From assembly GCA_017656425.1 (NCBI GenBank), contig JACDNV010000006.1, positions 42,542-106,541 of the forward strand: a DNA stretch of 64,000 bases, read 5' to 3'. This stretch comes from Fidelibacterota bacterium (GTDB taxonomy: Bacteria; Fidelibacterota; UBA2242; B5-G15). The stretch's first letter is position 1, and every line of letters starts with the position of its first letter. The notes beneath the pieces were generated by a model. That model searched no databases. It was given only the letters and a program-made list of their open reading frames with translations, and was not told the DNA's origin. Made by a program: the position numbers and the translations under genes. Positions 26,023-34,831 of the stretch are shown here, one piece after another.

Positions 26023-27017
26023 TTCGCCTCCATTAACTTTTCATATCTTTCAATTTCTTCGTAAAATTTAACAGGTTTTAATTCGCTTAAAAAGTAATTA
26101 TTTCTCGCAAAAAACCTTCTGATATCCTGGCATAAATCGCATTTATCGAGGTATTCATTTTTTGCTTTATAATTGTACTCAGTAGTAGCTGTCCGATACA
26201 GCCCTCTTACACCCTCTTCTAACAGAATATTAACAAGGGGATACTTATTTCTATAAAATCCATAATCTATGTCATTAAAATCTAGCCCAATTCCAGCACA
26301 TAAACCCGGTATATAATTTCCATACAAATCTATATGAAAATGAGTTGTATTTAAAAGTTCTATACAGGGGCCTGATTTTTCAAGTATTTGATTTACTGAA
26401 AAACTTTTCATGTATCTCTTAAAAGTAATCCCTGCTCTACCCAGCATTTTAATCCAGTATCTCTCAGGCAATTTCATTATATAGTCCCTACCATAGAATT
26501 TTTCAAAATCTTGGAGTGAATGTTTTCCATATCCCAATTTCTCAATTTCATAATAAAACTCTATAATCCATGGTAGTATCCTTATACCCACATGATCACA
26601 AGCAATTATTAACTCCCTGACTCTTTCCAGAGGAATATATTCATTATGAAATGGACTTATTGAAATTAGAATTGTATCAACTCCAGTATCTTTTAATCCC
26701 TTTAAGATATCATAATCTCTATCAACTCCCCTAAACCATGATGCATTGGTTTCAACATATTCAACAGAAATCCCCTCCTTCTTTGCAACTTTTAAAACCC
26801 TATACAAACTTTCAGGATTCAAAAAAGGTTCCCCACCTCCAATATGCACATAATTACAACCCAAATCCTTTATTTTTCTAAATACCTTTATTTCCATTTC
26901 AATGGTCATAAAATCTTTCTCTCTAAAAGGAGATGAATTATATAAGCAATGTGCACACTGAGATAAACAGCTGTAATTTGTTATTATGCCACCAGATGTA
27001 AGGTTTTTTATTCTCAT
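26019..27017 (-). CDS. radical SAM protein of unknown function
   Basis: CLSQCAHC (CxxxCxxC) near the N-terminus and GGGEPFLNPE. Translationally coupled upstream of eda. Confidence 0.6.
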   Translation of the reverse strand: MRIKNLTSGGIITNYSCLSQCAHCLYNSSPFREKDFMTIEMEIKVFRKIKDLGCNYVHIGGGEPFLNPESLYRVLKVAKKEGISVEYVETNASWFRGVDRDYDILKGLKDTGVDTILISISPFHNEYIPLERVRELIIACDHVGIRILPWIIEFYYEIEKLGYGKHSLQDFEKFYGRDYIMKLPERYWIKMLGRAGITFKRYMKSFSVNQILEKSGPCIELLNTTHFHIDLYGNYIPGLCAGIGLDFNDIDYGFYRNKYPLVNILLEEGVRGLYRTATTEYNYKAKNEYLDKCDLCQDIRRFFARNNYFLSELKPVKFYEEIERYEKLMEAK

Positions 27018-27185
27018 AAATACTCAGAATTTCAAAGAGAAATTTAATTTAATAGTCATAAAAGTAAGAAATAACATACTTAATATATTTTTATAGTGAC
27101 AAAAACAATACATTTCGATAAATTCATCAGATTAATTTTATTTTTAAAGTTGAAAATAGAAAAATTGCAAAAAAGGAGGTGAAAA

Positions 27186-28523
27186 ATGTCAGTTAATGTT
27201 GTAATAGGAAAGGAAGAATATTTTAAAGGTATTAAAAAGATCCAATACGAGGGACCCGATTCTAAAAATCCATTAGCATTTAAATACTATGATGAGAACA
27301 GGGTTGTTGCTGGTAAACCAATGAAAGACCATTTCAAATTTGCTATTGCCTATTGGCATTCATTCTGCGGGCAGGGACTTGACATGTTCGGAGCTCCAAC
27401 CAAAGATCTTCCATGGAACCAGGCTTCCAGTCCAATGGAAGCAGCTAAAAAGAAACTTGATGCTGCGTTTGAATTCATTACAAAGCTCGGTGTGCATTAC
27501 TATTGTTTCCATGATCGGGACCTGGCTCCTGAGGGAGAAAACTTGAAAGAAACAGAAAAAAATCTTAAGGAAATGGTTAAAATAGCAAAGGAAAAGCAGG
27601 AAGCCTCTGGTGTAAAACTTCTCTGGGGTACGGCAAATCTTTTTAGCCACCCGAGATATATGAATGGAGCCGCAACTAATCCCGATTTTCGCGTAGTAGC
27701 CCATGCAGCATCACAAGTACAAATGGCAATTGACGCAACAATAGAACTCGATGGCGAAAATTATGTCTTCTGGGGTGGTAGAGAAGGCTATGATACACTT
27801 CATAATACCGACATCAAAAGAGAACTCGACCATCTTGCAATTTTTCTCCAGAAAGTAAGGGATTATGGGCGCACAGCTGGTTTCAAAGGACACTTTCTAA
27901 TAGAACCAAAACCAAAAGAACCAACAAAACACCAATACGACTATGATGTGTCAACTGTCATTGGATTTATTAAACAAAATGGCCTCGAAAAAGATTTTAG
28001 ATTAAACATTGAAAACAATCACGCAACCCTTGCAATGCATACATTTACCCATGAAGTACTTCTTGCCTGTGAACATGATCTTCTTGGTGGACTCGATATA
28101 AACCAGGGCGACCTATTCCTGGGTTGGGATACCGATGAATTCCTGCATGATTTATATCAGGCTACAGAATTAATGCTTATACTATTACAGCACGGTGGAA
28201 TGAAAGTGGGTGGTATGAATTTCGATGCTAAAACAAGAAGAAACTCAACTGACCTTGAAGACCTGTTTATCGCTCATATCTCATCGATGGATACCCTTGC
28301 AAGAGGACTTTTAATCGCTAATGAAATCCTTGAGAAATCAGACTATCTAAAAATGAGAAAAGAGAGATATGCAAGCTTTGATTCTGGCGATGGTGCAAAA
28401 TTTGAAAAAGGTGAACTCAGCCTACCAGAGATCGCAAAACTGGCTTATGAATATGGCGAGCCTGAACTAATAAGCGGGAAACAGGAGCTGTTCGAGGCTT
28501 TAATAAACATGTATATTAAATAG
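27186..28523 (+). CDS. xylA: xylose isomerase
   Basis: 445 aa class-II XylA with FKFAIAYWHSFC...FHDRDLAPEG...LWGTANLFSHPRYMNGAATNPD...FLIEPKPKEP. SD is AAGGAGGTGA. Confidence 0.9.
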   Translation: MSVNVVIGKEEYFKGIKKIQYEGPDSKNPLAFKYYDENRVVAGKPMKDHFKFAIAYWHSFCGQGLDMFGAPTKDLPWNQASSPMEAAKKKLDAAFEFITKLGVHYYCFHDRDLAPEGENLKETEKNLKEMVKIAKEKQEASGVKLLWGTANLFSHPRYMNGAATNPDFRVVAHAASQVQMAIDATIELDGENYVFWGGREGYDTLHNTDIKRELDHLAIFLQKVRDYGRTAGFKGHFLIEPKPKEPTKHQYDYDVSTVIGFIKQNGLEKDFRLNIENNHATLAMHTFTHEVLLACEHDLLGGLDINQGDLFLGWDTDEFLHDLYQATELMLILLQHGGMKVGGMNFDAKTRRNSTDLEDLFIAHISSMDTLARGLLIANEILEKSDYLKMRKERYASFDSGDGAKFEKGELSLPEIAKLAYEYGEPELISGKQELFEALINMYIK

Positions 28524-28553
28524 GATCACCCTTAAAAAATATAGGGGGTTAAA

Positions 28554-30116
28554 ATGAAATTATTCGCTGGACTAGATGTGTCAACACAGGGTTGTAAACT
28601 GGTAATAATAGATACAGATTTATCCAAAGTGGTATTCGTTACAAACATTAATTACGATAATGATCTTCCACAATATAACACTAAAAATGGAGTAATACAG
28701 GGATTACCAGAGGGATGTTCAGAATCAGACCCAAATATGTGGATCGATGCAGTGAATATGACTTTTCAGAGAGCAAAAGAAGCTGGAATAACTATGAACG
28801 AAATTAGATGCATTTCTGTCAGTGGACAACAGCATGGACTGGTTGCACTTGATAAGGATGGAAATCTTTCCAGACCCAGGTCAAAGCTGTGGAACGATTT
28901 CTCAACACTTGAAGAGTGCGAAATACTTACCGAGAAGGTCGGTGGTCTGGAAGAAATGATAAAAGAAGTTGGAAACAGTCAGAGGACGGGCTATACAGCC
29001 TCTAAAATATTCCATATGGTAAGACATGAACCGGAAAACTTTAGGAAGTCCACAATACTATTTCTGGTTCACAATTTTATAAATTATTATCTAACAGGTG
29101 GCGTAGCGGTGATGGAACCTGGTGATACATCCGGCACTGCTTTATGGAATCCTGCTACAGGTAAATGGTCTGATAAAGTAATAAACGCTATCTCACCAGA
29201 CCTGAAGGAAAAGCTCCCACCTGTAAAACCTTCCGATCAGACAATTGGAAATATATCAAAGGAACTCGTTGTAAAATTTGGATTTTCACCTAATTGCAGG
29301 ATAGATGCAGGTTCAGGCGATAACATGTATGGTGCAATAGGCACAGGTAATGTTGAGCCAGGAATAGTGACTGTAAGCCTCGGAACAAGTGGTACAGCTT
29401 ATACCTTTATGGAAAAGCCCTATATCGACCCTACAGGAGAAATAGCCGCCTTTTGTGACAGCACAGGACATTATCTTCCACTATTATGTGTATCCAATAT
29501 GGCAAATGGTTATAACGAAATAATTGAAACACAAAAGATAAACCATGATGAGTTCGATGAACTTGTTAATAAAACAAAACCCGGTAATAATGGAAAAGTA
29601 TTAATACCCTGGTATATGGGTGAAAGAACTCCAGATGTACCACTTGCTTCTCCAATTTATATGGGATTTAAATTATCAGAGTTCACTATTGAAAATCTAT
29701 GCCGTGCAGTTCTGGAAGGTCATGTATTGAATCTCTACGATGGTTTTAAGAGAATGCCAGTCGAAGTGAAAGAAATAAGACTCACAGGTGGATTATCGCG
29801 ATCCCACTCCTGGTGCCAGATGATCGCAGACATTTTTGAAGCAGAGACTGTTCCCGTCGAGGGAGAAGGAGCTGCTCTCGGCGCTGCACTACATGCCGCA
29901 TGGGTCTGGACAAAAGAGAATGAAAAACCTATATCTATCAAAGAAATTGTAAAACCTTTTGTAAAATTCGATGAATCCAGAAGGAAGAAACCTATAAATG
30001 AAAATATCCCAGTATATCGAATTATGAAGGATTTATTCAGCTCACTGAGTAAAAGAGTGCGAGGGCTAGAAGCCGAAGACCCGTTTAGACTAAGAGCCAA
30101 GCTGGTTAGGAGCTAA
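28554..30116 (+). CDS. xylB: FGGY-family sugar kinase, probable xylulokinase
   Basis: FGGY N-terminus LFAGLDVSTQGCKLVIID and GDNMYGAIGTGN. Directly follows xylA. Confidence 0.65.
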   Translation: MKLFAGLDVSTQGCKLVIIDTDLSKVVFVTNINYDNDLPQYNTKNGVIQGLPEGCSESDPNMWIDAVNMTFQRAKEAGITMNEIRCISVSGQQHGLVALDKDGNLSRPRSKLWNDFSTLEECEILTEKVGGLEEMIKEVGNSQRTGYTASKIFHMVRHEPENFRKSTILFLVHNFINYYLTGGVAVMEPGDTSGTALWNPATGKWSDKVINAISPDLKEKLPPVKPSDQTIGNISKELVVKFGFSPNCRIDAGSGDNMYGAIGTGNVEPGIVTVSLGTSGTAYTFMEKPYIDPTGEIAAFCDSTGHYLPLLCVSNMANGYNEIIETQKINHDEFDELVNKTKPGNNGKVLIPWYMGERTPDVPLASPIYMGFKLSEFTIENLCRAVLEGHVLNLYDGFKRMPVEVKEIRLTGGLSRSHSWCQMIADIFEAETVPVEGEGAALGAALHAAWVWTKENEKPISIKEIVKPFVKFDESRRKKPINENIPVYRIMKDLFSSLSKRVRGLEAEDPFRLRAKLVRS

Positions 30117-30136
30117 ATAACAAGTTCAACGTATAA

Positions 30137-30172
30137 AAAGCCCCCAAATTCTGGGTGCTTTCTTATTTTTTA
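30137..30172 (+). terminator. rho-independent terminator between convergent xylB and GH51 genes
   Basis: Hairpin aaagcccccaaattctgggtgctt followed by tcttatttttt. Confidence 0.6.
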
Positions 30173-30200
30173 ATAAATATCAAAGAAAACCGTACAAATG

Positions 30201-32141
30201 TTAATCTAAATCAATTCTTATTATATTAATTGATAATGGAGATATGGTTACAACACTACTTCTCACATCTATAATTTTTTCCTTTATATCCACCCTCATT
30301 GGTTTTCCTGGCTCATTATATGCCATCGGGTCGTCATTCTGTATATACCAGACTTTAGCCTCTTTTTTAATTTCCCTATCTCCAAGATTTATCGTTACTT
30401 CTTTCTCATTAAATGTTGGATTTACTATACCTATTGTGAGGTATTTTCTATTTTTACCAAGTGCTGCAAAAACATCAAGCTTATCATCATTGCACTTAAT
30501 TCCAACGGGGACTTTACCAAAAACATTTCGATAAAGTTTTAAGACAATCCCCGTAGCTGCAAATGTTGCGTTCGTCTTCGTTGTCTTTATACAACCGATA
30601 ACATTTACTGTCTGAGCATAATTTGCCATATAATATACATCATTGTTTCTGAAAAACTCATGAAGTGCTCTTGCCACACCCAAAGCATCTTTCATATGGT
30701 ATCGACACCCAAGCTCACCATATATATAATCCCCATACCAGTAGTTCCATTCGTCCATAGCTATCATAATCTTTTTCCCACCCAGTATATCTTTATAGTA
30801 TTTCCTGTATTGCTCAGCCACTCTTCTGATATTATCTGCAAGCTGGCTTGCATGTTCTATAACGTCTTTCTTCTCCTTACAATATATATGCTCACTCATC
30901 AAATCCATAAATTTATTACATGTTCTTAGCATTCCCTCAGTCCATTCACCTACATTCCCCACAGCCACAAGCTCTGCCTCCGGATCAACTGACCACATTG
31001 CTTTGGCTACAGCAATGTGCTTCAATAAATATTTCTCCAGCGGCATGTGTCCAAGTTGCCATGAGCCATACATCTCGTTACCAACAGCCCAGTACCTTAC
31101 ATTATAAGGGTTCAAATGGCCATTCTTTGCCCTCAGCTTTCCAAAATAAGTGCTGGTATCTCCATTTATATATTCCACCTCCTCCACCACCTCTTCTGGT
31201 GTACCAAGACCTGTATTCACTGCAACGTAAGGTTCTGCATTCAATATTTCCATCAGTTCCATAAACTCGTGTATTCCAACATCATTTGGTTCAATACCTC
31301 TCCAGGCTGGATTTTTTCTTGGAGGTCTTTTATCTCTATTCCCAATTCCATCTTTCCAGTTATAACCACTCACAAAATTTCCACCCGGCCATCTATATAC
31401 TGGTGCATTAAGTTCTTTCAACAGATCTACAACATCTCTTCTCCAACCATTTATATTGTCAGCTGGCATCAGTGAAAGAGTCCCTATTTTAAACCAACCT
31501 TTACCATTCGATATAATTTCAACTTTTACGTTATCATCAGAAGCTGGAGATATGAAGGAAAAATCATATTTAACCCATCTATCACTGATTTTTTTGAAAG
31601 CTTCCTCAATTTTCTCGCCATTTGAATAAACAAATCTTACAATAACTGGTTTAGCTTTCTTATCCCCACATAAGTAAATATATCCTTTGTACTTCCTCCC
31701 TTCGACCAATGCTATTTCATACTGCCGAATACCCCTTTCCTTCTTATCACCATCAAGTATCACTTTTGGACTATGTTTACCTGTAAACGGCTTAACAGTA
31801 TCCATCATTACCGTTCCTTTTGGACCAATTACTTCCCATGGAGAAGCTCCCATAAACCTGAACTTACCTGCATTCCAGAATGGATCCTCGTCATATCTCC
31901 ATGGATTATATTCATCTTTAATGGGATAATAAAATTTCCTATCCTGGATCATTTCTGCCCATATTCCATTGTAGATACAATTTCCCAGGTGTTCAATGAA
32001 CTGTCCATAAATGTACTTTGATATTTCCCCTTTTTCTTCTTCTAAATTAATATTTACTTTAACCTCTGGAATAATGAAACTAAACAGTCCAATTAAAATA
32101 ATTAATACACTTAATGTTTTTCTCATCTTTTGTCCCCCCAA
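30201..32141 (-). CDS. alpha-L-arabinofuranosidase, GH51
   Basis: YGQFIEHLGNCIYNGIW near the N-terminus is the GH51 AbfA hallmark. Signal peptide and 646 aa. Confidence 0.8.
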   Translation of the reverse strand: MGGQKMRKTLSVLIILIGLFSFIIPEVKVNINLEEEKGEISKYIYGQFIEHLGNCIYNGIWAEMIQDRKFYYPIKDEYNPWRYDEDPFWNAGKFRFMGASPWEVIGPKGTVMMDTVKPFTGKHSPKVILDGDKKERGIRQYEIALVEGRKYKGYIYLCGDKKAKPVIVRFVYSNGEKIEEAFKKISDRWVKYDFSFISPASDDNVKVEIISNGKGWFKIGTLSLMPADNINGWRRDVVDLLKELNAPVYRWPGGNFVSGYNWKDGIGNRDKRPPRKNPAWRGIEPNDVGIHEFMELMEILNAEPYVAVNTGLGTPEEVVEEVEYINGDTSTYFGKLRAKNGHLNPYNVRYWAVGNEMYGSWQLGHMPLEKYLLKHIAVAKAMWSVDPEAELVAVGNVGEWTEGMLRTCNKFMDLMSEHIYCKEKKDVIEHASQLADNIRRVAEQYRKYYKDILGGKKIMIAMDEWNYWYGDYIYGELGCRYHMKDALGVARALHEFFRNNDVYYMANYAQTVNVIGCIKTTKTNATFAATGIVLKLYRNVFGKVPVGIKCNDDKLDVFAALGKNRKYLTIGIVNPTFNEKEVTINLGDREIKKEAKVWYIQNDDPMAYNEPGKPMRVDIKEKIIDVRSSVVTISPLSINIIRIDLD

Positions 32142-32255
32142 TGCCAGTTATTGGTTTAATAAATTAACCTGTTTGCCACATAAAATTCATCTAATTATCA
32201 CCAATCAAATTAGATTGCATGCTTCCATTTAATATTTTAATATTAAAAATCCATC

Positions 32256-33593
32256 TCATTTCAAATACAATATCTTTTTTATCTCCCTCAACTCAATATT
32301 CTTTAACATACAAAAATATAATCCACTTTCAACAGTCTCACCTCTAAAATTACTACCATCCCAGATTACAATATACTCCCCGGGAAAAACTTCTCCGGAA
32401 AATAAATTTTTTACCCTCTTCCCGGTAATATCAAAAATTTCAAGTTCGATATTTGTTTTAATCGACACTTCGAATTTTATATATGTTTTTTTATTAAAGG
32501 GATTCGGAAAGTTTTGAATCAACTTAATTTCATAGGAATTTCCATTTTGTAGTCTTATAAAGCTTAAAGAAGGTGTTTTAAACAGACTAAATTTGGTATA
32601 AGTAGTATCTATTCCATCAGTTGCTAATACCCTCCAGTGGTAGGTTGTATTATATTCCAGTATACCTGAACCATCAAATGAATATTCAGTTCCATTTATT
32701 CCAGTCATCATTGTATCAATATTAGAACCACTGATATTCAATATATACTCAACACTATCCCTATCCGGATCAATTGCCTCCGTCCAACTAAAATAAACAT
32801 TCATGGATGGTAACGTCATCCCATAGACTGGAAATTTTAATGAAAAAGGAGAAGGAGCATAGTTTATTATAATGTTGGTTTCTTCTGCATCAAATGAAAA
32901 CCTATTTGTAGTTAACCCTTTCCCATCTATCCATATTTCAAAACCAACTTCTGCAGCAACAAAATACCAATCAGAATACATATATCCACGACTTGTAGCA
33001 TCTCTAATAAAATCTAAAAGATCAATATCCAAGGTATCTATTGGATTTACAGTCTTATATGCTATGTAATTCCATCCTGCCCAATTTTCTCTCCTGGCAA
33101 AATACAAATCCCATTTATGATCTGCAATATCAACCGAAGTAACTTTAGTTCCACTAGGACCAGCACCACCGCCATAGTCTATCCAAATCATTAATTCTGC
33201 ATCATACTTTTTATCAGATCCAGACCAAATTTCATCCTTATCAAACCATCCATCAAATGCAGCATTCCAAGTACCATCTACATATCTGGTATCTATTATC
33301 CATGTAATTGGAGCTTCTTTTATTTTCTTTATTTGAATAGATAAAGGATTATTCTTTCCTGTACAACTTCCCCAATGACAGCCCTTAAAAATTGCAGGAT
33401 AGGCTGCAGGGGTACCTCCCGTATTATTATGCTCGGAATAAATGACCCTAAAATAAGTGCTATCCTCATAGAACTTAACGCACTGCTTCGTCTTCGCACC
33501 CCAGACATTGTTCATTATAATGTATTCACCACCCATTACTGGTATCGCTGTTTGCTCTCCATCACTACAAAGTTGAATTTGAGCACTGAGCAA
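32256..33593 (-). CDS. GH12 endo-beta-1,4-glucanase/xyloglucanase with T9SS C-terminal sorting domain (N-terminus uncertain)
   Basis: GH12 core EYIIMNNVWG...AELMIWIDYGG...FVAAEVGFEIW, and CTD QNFPNPFNKKTYIKF...SGLYFCML. The annotated start is a TTG with no signal peptide. An ATG-led MSKVINKYRNI lies one base out of frame just upstream. Confidence 0.7.
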   Translation of the reverse strand: MLSAQIQLCSDGEQTAIPVMGGEYIIMNNVWGAKTKQCVKFYEDSTYFRVIYSEHNNTGGTPAAYPAIFKGCHWGSCTGKNNPLSIQIKKIKEAPITWIIDTRYVDGTWNAAFDGWFDKDEIWSGSDKKYDAELMIWIDYGGGAGPSGTKVTSVDIADHKWDLYFARRENWAGWNYIAYKTVNPIDTLDIDLLDFIRDATSRGYMYSDWYFVAAEVGFEIWIDGKGLTTNRFSFDAEETNIIINYAPSPFSLKFPVYGMTLPSMNVYFSWTEAIDPDRDSVEYILNISGSNIDTMMTGINGTEYSFDGSGILEYNTTYHWRVLATDGIDTTYTKFSLFKTPSLSFIRLQNGNSYEIKLIQNFPNPFNKKTYIKFEVSIKTNIELEIFDITGKRVKNLFSGEVFPGEYIVIWDGSNFRGETVESGLYFCMLKNIELREIKKILYLK

Positions 33594-33643
33594 ATTATTA
33601 CAAAGAAAAATTAAGCTAAATATTTCTATATTTGTTAATAACT

Positions 33644-34780
33644 TTACTCATTCACCATAAACACTTTTAGAGACCTCTTGAAATTAACCCCATCTATTTT
33701 TAAAAAGTAAACACCTGTTGGAATCGAATTATCAGAAATTTTTATATTATAATTCATTCTTAAATCATTTTTTATTACGGTACTATAAAATAATTCCTGC
33801 CCAAGTAAATTATACAATTTAATTTCTAATTTACCTGTATATCCATTTTGTATTACCAGATTCATATCATTAACTGAAGGATTAGGGTATACAAAAATAC
33901 TCTCATCTGGCATTTTATAATTCATCTTTATACCAGTTTGTTTACCAATTAATTTAGCGGTTCCAAACAAGTCGGCATTTATCCAATGATTATTCGAGTC
34001 CTCTCTTGCAACCCAGACAGAACCAAAAAAATTATCTCTCTTTTTAGGGAACTCATTAGGATCATCATTTTCACAGTATGCCACCGATAAACCGAATATT
34101 TTCCCTTCGCACAGCTTCACCCTCGAATCTTCAGGATTAGAATGTTCATAAGTATCATCATACACTTTTAATGAGAATTCTCTTGTGTACAGATTCCCTT
34201 GCCTTCTCAATGCAAATTCAGGAAAATGATCTGCATAATTGGGATCTTCTCTATGACTCCAGTCTGTACCTGCAATATCAGAAACAACTTTTTCATAATT
34301 AACACCACCATCATCAGGAAATTTTGAAAATATGTGATACGCAAAAGCGTTTTCTGCATTTGTTCCCCACTCTTCGCCAAAAGAACCTATGCCATCAAAA
34401 ACATGTAATCCACCAGATTTATCTTCATCAATAAAAACCTCCAGTACATCGTAATTATAGATGCCCTGGACATTGTTTAAATCCAATCCTCCTACAGCTA
34501 TATCATCATAAATCTCAACCAAGAAATATAGTAAATTTTCCTCCTCAGACCACATTATTTTATATCGACCCCAGTAGTCAGAGGAATCAACCTCAGCATT
34601 ATATGGCATCCACACCTGATCAATCGGCTGCCATTTTGCATTTCTCCAGCACTCATCGTTCCCATAGCCATCAACTATCGGTGGCATACTAGCCATATAT
34701 ACCATAACTGTATCATCCTGAGCAGAAAACACTACCGCACTAAACAACGCTAAGATAAATAAAATTTTTCCCAAATTCAT
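33644..34780 (-). CDS. T9SS-secreted CBM9/DOMON-like carbohydrate-binding protein
   Basis: Signal peptide. CBM9-like pattern IVDGYGNDECWRNAKWQPI...YKIMWSEEENLLYFLVEIYDD, and CTD YPNPSVNDMNLVI...TGVYFLKI. Confidence 0.5.
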   Translation of the reverse strand: MNLGKILFILALFSAVVFSAQDDTVMVYMASMPPIVDGYGNDECWRNAKWQPIDQVWMPYNAEVDSSDYWGRYKIMWSEEENLLYFLVEIYDDIAVGGLDLNNVQGIYNYDVLEVFIDEDKSGGLHVFDGIGSFGEEWGTNAENAFAYHIFSKFPDDGGVNYEKVVSDIAGTDWSHREDPNYADHFPEFALRRQGNLYTREFSLKVYDDTYEHSNPEDSRVKLCEGKIFGLSVAYCENDDPNEFPKKRDNFFGSVWVAREDSNNHWINADLFGTAKLIGKQTGIKMNYKMPDESIFVYPNPSVNDMNLVIQNGYTGKLEIKLYNLLGQELFYSTVIKNDLRMNYNIKISDNSIPTGVYFLKIDGVNFKRSLKVFMVNE

Positions 34781-34831
34781 ATCATTTACTCCAATAAATT
34801 TTCACTGCAATAGTAATTTCATATAACATAC

